Assembly: GCA_903905665.1 (NCBI GenBank) | Contig: CAIVHJ010000330.1 | Coordinates: 1 to 38,208, forward strand | DNA from: an uncultured Phycisphaerales bacterium | GTDB lineage: Bacteria; Planctomycetota; Phycisphaerae; UBA1845; CAIVHJ01 | Direction of reading: 5' to 3' | Length of the DNA: 38,208 bases | Shown: piece after piece, positions 26,058 to 32,370 of the stretch | Layout: each line of letters begins with the position of its first letter | How positions within the stretch are numbered: position 1 is the stretch's first letter | Notes under the pieces: generated by a model | What the model saw: only the letters and a program-made list of their open reading frames with translations | Told to the model about the DNA's origin: nothing | The model's database searches: none | Program-made: the position numbers and the translations under genes

Positions 26058-26109
26058 GTCATATGCTACGATTTTTCTTGACTGTTATCATATGAAGTGT
26101 TAACATATG
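26058..26109. promoter_or_regulatory. Three CATATG boxes overlapping the early promoter (operator candidates)
   Basis: CATATG occurs at 26060, 26089 (inside the promoter spacer) and 26104 (overlapping the -10). GTCATATGC at 26058 is repeated exactly at 25800. Confidence 0.4.
26078..26106 (+). promoter_or_regulatory. Predicted early promoter TTGACT-17-TAACAT
   Basis: -35 at 26078-26083 and -10 at 26101-26106. The expected TSS is near 26112-26114, upstream of the SD-led ATG at 26161. Confidence 0.5.
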
Positions 26110-26160
26110 AGTATGAAAGACACACTCACCACCACCCCGACGGAAACCCGGAGGAATAAA

Positions 26161-26346
26161 ATGAAACGCAACCCGCAAGGCGGAGTACACGCCTACGTTA
26201 TCGATCAAGGCCGTGCATGGATTGAAAGCATTAACACGCTAACTAATACCGCTCTTGTCAGATTCGACGCTAACGAGGGAATCCGTAGCAGAGTACACAA
26301 AGTCGAATTGTCAAAAGTAGATTTCAATCGGGAATGGAAATTCTAA
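26161..26346 (+). CDS. Hypothetical early protein, 61 aa
   Basis: GGAGG (26150-26154) lies 6 nt before ATG 26161 (MKRNPQGGVHAYV...). The track start 26107 abuts the -10 box and is probably upstream of the TSS. Confidence 0.65.
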   Translation: MKRNPQGGVHAYVIDQGRAWIESINTLTNTALVRFDANEGIRSRVHKVELSKVDFNREWKF

Positions 26347-26378
26347 TGCCCCCCACAACCCCACAGGAGGATACGACG

Positions 26379-26558
26379 ATGACAAAGACAATAGTTCCGA
26401 ATGTAATCTACGCAACGATGCACTTGAAGTATGGAATGTATCGAATGGAAAGGTTCCGCAATTTGTCGGAGCGTGACCGCAAGGAATGCTTAGAGTTACG
26501 GTCAATCTGTCACCGAATTAAAATGGAATCAGCCGCCCCCGGCGGCACGAGGAGCTAA
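26379..26558 (+). CDS. Hypothetical early protein, 59 aa
   Basis: AGGAGG lies 8 nt before ATG 26379 (MTKTIVPNV...). Confidence 0.55.
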   Translation: MTKTIVPNVIYATMHLKYGMYRMERFRNLSERDRKECLELRSICHRIKMESAAPGGTRS

Positions 26559-26562
26559 AACC

Positions 26563-26751
26563 ATGAACGCAATCCAGAAACTAGACGGCTCTCTTGTATG
26601 GAAAACAATCCACCCGCAATTAAGTCATAGCCGCGCCTTGCAGGAAATCGAGAGCCGCGCCATAAAATACGGGTGGATGTTCGTTAAGGATGAAAGCCTA
26701 TTCGGCGGGTACTACGTCGATAATAACGGCGATTGCTATCGAGTCGCCTAA
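26563..26751 (+). CDS. Hypothetical early protein, 62 aa
   Basis: GAGGAG lies upstream of ATG 26563. ORF from the track. Confidence 0.6.
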   Translation: MNAIQKLDGSLVWKTIHPQLSHSRALQEIESRAIKYGWMFVKDESLFGGYYVDNNGDCYRVA

Positions 26752-26784
26752 CGGCGGCCACTAAATCAAAGGGAGACTAAGACC

Positions 26785-27213
26785 ATGAGCGCATTTATTG
26801 TAAACGAGTACCACATCAGTCAATTAATCCGTTACGGATCACATCGTGATGTTTCAATGTGCGTCAATGGCGTATTCGATAGACGAATGTCTGGAAAAGA
26901 ACAGGAACTAATGGCGATACTTGTTAAAGCAAACTTCGAGAGCGTCAATCATCGCTACGAAGAAAACACCCCTGCTATGCCAGGAGCCTATGCGCCAGAC
27001 TTCGAGCGCGTTCTATCTCCCGTCCAAGTTATAAAAGCCTGTAATTGCTATGACTACCAGTCATGCGAAATTGATAACTACGAAACAACCGATGCCGCCA
27101 AAAACATCGAAGCTATCCGAAGCAGAGCTATTAATGCTTTGCCTGGATACGAAGAAGCCGAATGGGAGATTGAACCACGAGAAGTAAACAGGCGAATCGC
27201 GAGGATTATCTAA
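26785..27213 (+). CDS. Conserved-looking hypothetical early protein, 142 aa
   Basis: GGGAGA SD upstream. Contains VQVIKACNCYDYQSCE...ALPGYEEAEW, a pattern I recall from phage/plasmid hypothetical proteins but cannot name. Confidence 0.7.
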   Translation: MSAFIVNEYHISQLIRYGSHRDVSMCVNGVFDRRMSGKEQELMAILVKANFESVNHRYEENTPAMPGAYAPDFERVLSPVQVIKACNCYDYQSCEIDNYETTDAAKNIEAIRSRAINALPGYEEAEWEIEPREVNRRIARII

Positions 27214-27437
27214 TGCAAACTTGTGGATGCGCATGGGAGTATGTCCCAGGGGCAAGTGGAGAAGAAACGGAAATTGTATTTTGTCCACTTCATTCTAAAG
27301 CAAAAGAAATGCTTGTTATTCTTAGAAATACAAGCGCATATCTTGGAAACCATATAGCCGAAGAACAAAACGGCGTAGCGTCAATAGTCAAACAAATAGA
27401 CGACCTAATAATGCAAATAATAAGAGACTCAAAATAA
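27213..27437 (+). CDS. Small Cys-motif protein, 74 aa (CGC...CPLHS family, paralog of 28753..29001)
   Basis: MQTCGCAWEYVPGASGEETEIVFCPLHSKAKEMLVIL aligns with SCGCYVSDIPWGKEPGEQGSIVYCPLHSAAPELLSQL of the 82-aa protein. Its start overlaps the upstream stop (TAATG). Confidence 0.7.
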   Translation: MQTCGCAWEYVPGASGEETEIVFCPLHSKAKEMLVILRNTSAYLGNHIAEEQNGVASIVKQIDDLIMQIIRDSK

Positions 27438-27475
27438 ATAGATTTCGCACAAGCCAAAATCAAGGGGACAACGCC

Positions 27476-28246
27476 ATGAAATCTAAAAATCCATGTATCC
27501 GATGCGCCAAAGGAGAAAATTCTATGCACCATAACATGACCAAGGAAGCCATGACCAATCAACCAACGCGCACGCCGACTCCGGAGGAGTACGGCTATAC
27601 CTACGACGGCTCAAGCGAATGGAGTATCGGACCAAAGGCCGAGACGCAAGTTGATCCGATCTGCACCGTATGGGACAGAAACGACGACCGCGCTAAAGCC
27701 AAGGTTATGCTCATAGTCAACGCCTTGAATGCCTACGCCGCCCTCCAAGCGGAGAACGCGGAACTGCGGTACGCCGGACAGGCCATGCGCGACACGCTGG
27801 ACAATTTCGGAGACAGCGCGGAAGTACAACGGGTTATTGAGCAATGGGATCAAGCCCTCACCCGCCCCCCGGAGGTCAATGGAAAAGTTATCGAGGAGGT
27901 AACCGCCATGCCCACCCAGCCCAGCCAAAAGCCGACGCTGAAAGTGCAATTCAAAAATACCCCGTTTACTCTTAACGAGTATTACGAAATTAACCAAGGC
28001 CTTGATACTCTCTGTATCGTCGAAAAAACAGACTACGACCTCTCATCAGAAAGATTTAGGGGGATAGACGAGAAGAACGCCGCCCACATCGTCAAATGCG
28101 TCAACGCCTACGCGCCGATGGTGGAGACGATCAAGGCCCTGCTCAGCGAATTACGCTGGACGACAAAGAACGGGGAATTTCCAGGCATGGATAAGGTTAT
28201 CGCTGATGCAGAGCAAGCTCTCCGCGCCGCCGAAGGGGGGAAGTAA
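27476..28246 (+). CDS. Hypothetical early protein, 256 aa, with two internal NAYA-type helical modules (Ead/Ea22-like by eye)
   Basis: IVNALNAYAALQAENAELR and IVKCVNAYAPMVETIKALLSELR appear to be duplicated modules. AAGGGGA SD upstream. Confidence 0.7.
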   Translation: MKSKNPCIRCAKGENSMHHNMTKEAMTNQPTRTPTPEEYGYTYDGSSEWSIGPKAETQVDPICTVWDRNDDRAKAKVMLIVNALNAYAALQAENAELRYAGQAMRDTLDNFGDSAEVQRVIEQWDQALTRPPEVNGKVIEEVTAMPTQPSQKPTLKVQFKNTPFTLNEYYEINQGLDTLCIVEKTDYDLSSERFRGIDEKNAAHIVKCVNAYAPMVETIKALLSELRWTTKNGEFPGMDKVIADAEQALRAAEGGK

Positions 28247-28247
28247 T

Positions 28248-28550
28248 ATGAGTATGGCAACAAGAGCAACAACGGCAAAACAACGGGCAACGATAGCTAT
28301 ACGGATGCTGAAAACTCAGAAACATTTATATCGGGCCTTTGTCGACTGTTTCGAAATGTTCGATGGTCAAGAGGTTAAGCGCATCATCATCGAACGCGCC
28401 AAGAAAGACGACACGCTACTAGCCCGATGCAGGAGCGTATTTAACTGGCCAGAGCTTCCGTGCCTAGCCTGTAAAAATGGTTTCGTCTGTTACGAAACTC
28501 ATCCTATGGGAGAAAATTCACGCTTGATATATGAGGCACTAAAACCATGA
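28248..28550 (+). CDS. Hypothetical early protein, 100 aa
   Basis: ATG 28248 (MSMATRATT...) lies 1 nt after the upstream stop and has GGGGGAAG upstream. The C-terminal CLACKNGFVCYETHP...LIYEALK loosely resembles the CPLHS...ELL module. Confidence 0.65.
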   Translation: MSMATRATTAKQRATIAIRMLKTQKHLYRAFVDCFEMFDGQEVKRIIIERAKKDDTLLARCRSVFNWPELPCLACKNGFVCYETHPMGENSRLIYEALKP

Positions 28551-28756
28551 AATGCACAAGCCGCTATATGCAATGCGAATGTAAATCTGTGTCGGAGCAC
28601 AATTTAAATTACTACGGAACAGGGGTTAAAACTAGCGGCTACGATCAAGGATTAGAAGATGCCGCAAAACTTTGTGATGAACTTTTTCAGGCTAGAGGTG
28701 TAATTCTAGCCCAAAAAATACGGGACTTAAAATCCGCCTCACCCCAGGGGGAATGA
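28547..28756 (+). CDS. Hypothetical early protein, 69 aa
   Basis: ATGA-coupled on both sides. Contains QCECKS near the N-terminus. Confidence 0.6.
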   Translation: MKCTSRYMQCECKSVSEHNLNYYGTGVKTSGYDQGLEDAAKLCDELFQARGVILAQKIRDLKSASPQGE

Positions 28757-29001
28757 CCATGACTGTGCGAGAATCTTGTGGCTGTTACGTCTCAGATATT
28801 CCATGGGGAAAAGAACCAGGCGAACAGGGATCAATCGTCTATTGCCCCCTCCACTCCGCCGCGCCGGAACTGCTGTCACAACTTCAAAGTCAACATCGAG
28901 AGCTAGAGGATCAGGATACCCACGCCGGATGGGACGATCATAAGCGTAGGCCTTGCATGACCTGTAGACTCATAGCCCAAGCCGAAAGGAAACTATCATG
29001 A
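28753..29001 (+). CDS. Small Cys-motif protein, 82 aa (CGC...CPLHS family)
   Basis: See 27213..27437. It additionally contains CPLHSAAPELLSQLQ, an AAPELL-type motif common in small phage proteins, and a second CxxC (CMTC). Confidence 0.7.
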   Translation: MTMTVRESCGCYVSDIPWGKEPGEQGSIVYCPLHSAAPELLSQLQSQHRELEDQDTHAGWDDHKRRPCMTCRLIAQAERKLS

Positions 29002-29216
29002 CCCTCTACACGCTCTTAATGCTCGCCGCACTCCACACCGACGCTAAGACTGACTCCGAACGGATCAAGGCGATCATCGCCGGACACTACCCAGACCAGC
29101 CGTCCCTGGCCTTGGTCCAGGCCCCACAAGTCCAGGCCCCGGTTGACATCTACGCTGAGATGACTCCCCTCCGTTACGAGGTGTCACAATCCGCACGAAC
29201 AGGAGACAATAAATAA
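28998..29216 (+). CDS. Hypothetical early protein, 72 aa, hydrophobic N-terminus
   Basis: ATGA-coupled. N-terminus is MTLYTLLMLAALHT. Confidence 0.6.
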   Translation: MTLYTLLMLAALHTDAKTDSERIKAIIAGHYPDQPSLALVQAPQVQAPVDIYAEMTPLRYEVSQSARTGDNK

Positions 29217-29227
29217 GGGGGAATGAC

Positions 29228-29344
29228 ATGAAAACAAAACGGTGTTTCATAGATCGTGAAGGTTACGAAACAGAATTGTTGACATGGTATGAAAATGGGC
29301 ACGAGATCCGGTCAATCTCTATCCGGGGGATTCTCCATGTATAA
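29228..29344 (+). CDS. Micro-ORF, 38 aa (not in ORF track)
   Basis: AAGGGGGA lies 5 nt before ATG 29228. Translation: MKTKRCFIDREGYETELLTWYENGHEIRSISIRGILHV. Its stop overlaps the next ATG region (ATGTATAA). Confidence 0.45.
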   Translation: MKTKRCFIDREGYETELLTWYENGHEIRSISIRGILHV

Positions 29345-29534
29345 CTATCGCGCCATGACACGCCCGGAGCTCATCCGGCACGTGACGGCATACGGTGAGG
29401 CGCTTCATACACTAGGCAATCGGGCGGTGATACAAGAGCTTGAATTGCGCCGGCTGCGAATGACCGCCGAGCGAATGAAGGGGATAGACGGTATCCGCCA
29501 ACATATCCATGGGGGGAAATCATGGGCTATATAA
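29337..29534 (+). CDS. Hypothetical early protein, 65 aa
   Basis: GGGGGA lies 6 nt before ATG 29337 (MYNYRAMTRPELIRHV...). The track start 29289 lacks an SD and overlaps the micro-ORF. Confidence 0.6.
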   Translation: MYNYRAMTRPELIRHVTAYGEALHTLGNRAVIQELELRRLRMTAERMKGIDGIRQHIHGGKSWAI

Positions 29535-29647
29535 TGTTGGCGGTTATTTATGTCGGGTGGAAGGCGGCGGGATTTTGGGGAGCACTTGCCGGGCTAATGT
29601 TCTTAGCCTGGCATGAGGACCACAAGGGGGGACCACGTGACGCCTAA
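29534..29647 (+). CDS. Micro-ORF, 37 aa, single transmembrane helix (not in ORF track)
   Basis: TAATG-coupled. Translation: MLAVIYVGWKAAGFWGALAGLMFLAWHEDHKGGPRDA. Confidence 0.4.
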   Translation: MLAVIYVGWKAAGFWGALAGLMFLAWHEDHKGGPRDA

Positions 29648-29819
29648 TCAAAGAGAGGACATGCGCCGGGAATTGGAGCTAGAAGAAAGATGGTATCCGA
29701 TGAACCGGCGCCAGGATGACCCCATAGACTGGGTGACGGTAACGACATGGGTACTTATAGGCATAGGCTGTATCCTGGCTTGGGGAGCGCTTGCGGGGAT
29801 ACTGGCATGGATACGGTGA
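29637..29819 (+). CDS. Small membrane protein, 60 aa (C-terminal TM helix)
   Basis: GGGGGG lies 5 nt before GTG 29637. The track start ATG 29613 has no SD. TM segment: WVTVTTWVLIGIGCILAWGALAGILAWI. Confidence 0.55.
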   Translation: MTPNQREDMRRELELEERWYPMNRRQDDPIDWVTVTTWVLIGIGCILAWGALAGILAWIR

Positions 29820-29923
29820 TTTGCCCATCATGCGGTGGGTTAGGTTGGGTAGATGTGGGGGACGCGGAAAGAGGCGTAGTACGCACGTGCCCAGAGTGTA
29901 ACGGGTACGGTCGCATCGAATAG
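29807..29923 (+). CDS. Mini zinc-finger protein, 38 aa, with two DnaJ-type CxxCxGxG motifs (not in ORF track)
   Basis: GGGGA lies 7 nt before ATG 29807. Translation: MDTVICPSCGGLGWVDVGDAERGVVRTCPECNGYGRIE. CPSCGGLG and CPECNGYG match the CxxCxGxG repeat of the DnaJ Cys-rich domain. Confidence 0.5.
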   Translation: MDTVICPSCGGLGWVDVGDAERGVVRTCPECNGYGRIE

Positions 29924-30328
29924 CTATCACCGGGATGCAATATTTAACCGGCGAGGGTTCCCCCTTGCGCCGGCACCCCTGGCCGGTCCGGATGACGGCT
30001 GGGGGATGATTTCAGGCCCGCCATGGGACACACGGTTCCGGGACCGGCGCCGACCTTGCGTCAAAGGAAACGGACGTTGACAGAACCTTTGAACCTGGAA
30101 AGCTAAAACCGGCGGGCGTTTTTTCCCCCGCAACCCCCGCGGGCGCGGGTGCGAACACATAAGAAAAACATACGGTCAGAGGGAAAAACATGCCTCTGGG
30201 CGAGATTGGGGAATTGAAATGAATACTGGCAATCGTCCTGGTAGTGTCATTTGGATGTATTGGAACACGGTTTTAGTCATTGGAGAGCTAGACGAGATAC
30301 ACGATCCCATCTACGTACAGGAGGCGGC

Positions 30329-30523
30329 ATGAAAACATTAGCAGAGTTCATTAACGAATGCGGATCGGTCGCAGAAGCAGCCCGAAAGCTAACGGTCAGC
30401 CGGCAAACAATTGATAGATGGCAATCGGGGGCATTTAAGCCGTCACGGGCTCTGGTGGAGTTGGCGAGATTAAAGGAAGTTGATCTGCTAACAAAACCGA
30501 TTGAGGTACCCACTTCCGATTAA
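30329..30523 (+). CDS. Cro/YdaS-like HTH DNA-binding protein, 64 aa
   Basis: AGGAGG lies 5 nt before ATG 30329. MKTLAEFINECGSVAEAARKLTVSRQTIDRWQSG fits the Cro/YdaS-type HTH pattern. Its 3' end overlaps the convergent primase gene by 89 nt. Confidence 0.7.
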   Translation: MKTLAEFINECGSVAEAARKLTVSRQTIDRWQSGAFKPSRALVELARLKEVDLLTKPIEVPTSD

Positions 30524-32090
30524 CAAAATCTCCCGTCCTAACGACTTTTGATTTCCAGCCATATCGCCGGAGGATGGACCCAATCCGCCTCTGAATAGTG
30601 ATATCGAGGTGGGCTTTATCAACCCCTACCGCGCTCGCGATATCAGTCATGGCGATTTCAGTTTGACATGATTCTTTGATAAATGCCTGAATGAGATTTT
30701 CCCATTCATCGAATTGCCTACGGTCCTCTTGTTCCTGGGTGGTGGCTTCCTCGGGAACCTTGTACCAATCCTCATTGGTTAGATACCGCGAGAGTGCTTC
30801 AGCGTAGAGTTGTTCCCGGTCTAACCGTAAACGGTCGAGCTGGATATGGCCGCACGTGATCGGCCAAAAACGACGGGCACCCGTGGAGTCTCGGAGATAG
30901 TGTTGTTCATTGGTAGTGCCTACAAAGATCGATTGCCTTGGGTGGTCCTGGGTGGCGCGGGCGTAGGGTTGGCGGTAACGGTCAGTCCGGCAGGTGATAA
31001 CCTTCTTGATTCTGGTGGTATCGGCGCGAGAGAAGGAATCGAGATCGGCTATTTCAACGATGAGCTTGCCGGCCAGGGCTACGAAAAAGTCCTTTGATGT
31101 GATCTCTTCGGAGGCTTCCATATACCACTTCCCGCCAATCGCTTCGAGAGCCTTGGACTTGAAAATGCCCTGCTTACCTTCAAGGATGACCATGTTATCT
31201 ACCTGGCACCCAGGCTGAAACACGCGGGCAACGATCCCTAACCAAAAGTTGCGAGATACGGCAGCGGAATACCCTGATTGTTGACACCCAAAGTAATCGG
31301 CAAAGAAACTGTCTATCCGTTGTGTACCATCCCATCTAAGACTGCGTATCCATTCACGGGGCTCGTTGCGAAGGCATTGATGACCGCGGCATCGGACGGC
31401 ATCTGATACGTTGGCAACGGTCAGGCGGGTCAGGCCAAGTGTTCTTTGGAGTTTGACGGTCAAGTTGATATCGTCTATGTCCTGCCACTCGCGGGCACCT
31501 TGGTTTCGTGGCCCTTGGGTGAAATACCGCTGGTAAAATTCATCGTACCAAACGATGTTTTTGTATTCGTCACTATGCGCCAGGACACGTACCACATTAT
31601 CTACGTTGGCCGGGGGAGTTCCCCCCTTCGGACCACGGGATAGACCTAGTTGGTCCCATAGGGCATCGGCATCGGGCGGCACCTCGTCCGGGGCTTCGAT
31701 GACTTCGACCGGGACGGCGGGGAACTCACCTTTGGCAAAGGTTATCATGCACCCTTTGGCCCATTCCGCTAGTTGTTTCCATGTCATCCCATCCCGAGAT
31801 ACCGCCGCCGTTATATTCCATCCGTGTGGCTTACCATTTGGGATAATCATCTTTATTTCTAGGCACAAATCGTTTATTTGCTCCGCAAAGGCCCTAAATG
31901 TCATCCTGGACGCCTCAGTGGCGTCAGGCCATAAGATGACCTTACGTCCAGCATACTGGCTAGAATCAAGGGCTCCGTTGCGTAGTGCCGGGATACAGGC
32001 GACAGCGTACCCGGTCGCCACCTCTTCGGCTGCTTTGACCGCGGCGGCTTCGCAGATGATAAGGGGTTTATTAAGGTTTGATTCCGTCAT
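30435..32090 (-). CDS. Primase/helicase-type replication protein, VirE (VapE) family with Toprim-like N-terminal region
   Basis: P-loop ILEGKQGIFKSKALEAIGG. The VirE signature IVEIADLDSF...IKKVITCRTDRYRQPYARATQDHPRQSIFVGTTNEQHYLRDSTGARRFWPI is present. GAGGA SD upstream. Confidence 0.85.
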   Translation of the reverse strand: MTESNLNKPLIICEAAAVKAAEEVATGYAVACIPALRNGALDSSQYAGRKVILWPDATEASRMTFRAFAEQINDLCLEIKMIIPNGKPHGWNITAAVSRDGMTWKQLAEWAKGCMITFAKGEFPAVPVEVIEAPDEVPPDADALWDQLGLSRGPKGGTPPANVDNVVRVLAHSDEYKNIVWYDEFYQRYFTQGPRNQGAREWQDIDDINLTVKLQRTLGLTRLTVANVSDAVRCRGHQCLRNEPREWIRSLRWDGTQRIDSFFADYFGCQQSGYSAAVSRNFWLGIVARVFQPGCQVDNMVILEGKQGIFKSKALEAIGGKWYMEASEEITSKDFFVALAGKLIVEIADLDSFSRADTTRIKKVITCRTDRYRQPYARATQDHPRQSIFVGTTNEQHYLRDSTGARRFWPITCGHIQLDRLRLDREQLYAEALSRYLTNEDWYKVPEEATTQEQEDRRQFDEWENLIQAFIKESCQTEIAMTDIASAVGVDKAHLDITIQRRIGSILRRYGWKSKVVRTGDFVNRKWVPQSVLLADQLPLISPTPPEPVTA

Positions 32091-32370
32091 TGAAATCCTC
32101 TATTGATTTAGCGATTATTCCGATACCACCTAGCCGGCGAACGGTTTCTATAAACGATTCTTGACCCTTGGTTGCGCGCCCGCGGGGCGCCTTAACCTCG
32201 ACCGCCAGAAAACGGCCAGTCTTGGTAAGTCCAATCAGGTCAGCGGATCCAGGGCAAAGGCCGAATCGGAGCTTCGGATCGTTGCAAAAACCCACGTTAT
32301 TTCTCCATAGCCTGTGGCCGTGGCGAGAGGCTTCGAGTTGGATCTGTCGCATGAGATCGGCTTCGGTCAA
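32071..32370 (-). CDS. VRR-NUC domain nuclease (PD-(D/E)xK)
   Basis: GSADLIGLTKTGRFLAVEVKAPRGRATKGQESFIETVRRLGGIG matches the VRR-NUC pattern (D...E-x-K ... Q). ATGA-coupled to the helicase. Confidence 0.85.
   Translation of the reverse strand: MTEADLMRQIQLEASRHGHRLWRNNVGFCNDPKLRFGLCPGSADLIGLTKTGRFLAVEVKAPRGRATKGQESFIETVRRLGGIGIIAKSIEDFNDGIKP

Noticed and set aside
26107-26160. Upstream extension of the first early gene (track start ATG 26107, MSMKDTLTTTPTETRRNK)
   Set aside because: ATG 26107 directly abuts the predicted -10 hexamer and so probably lies upstream of the TSS. ATG 26161 has an ideal GGAGG at 6-nt spacing. A leaderless start at ATG 26113 cannot be excluded.
29927-30160. 77-aa minus-strand ORF (and 29679..29940 ORFs) in or near the GC-rich gap
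   Set aside because: The translation is Arg/Pro/Gly-rich with no SD, which is consistent with random open frames in GC-rich non-coding DNA.
29924-30328. tRNA or attP site
   Set aside because: I could not build a cloverleaf (no GTTCRANYC T-loop with matching arms), and there is no integrase anywhere in the window to support an attP call.
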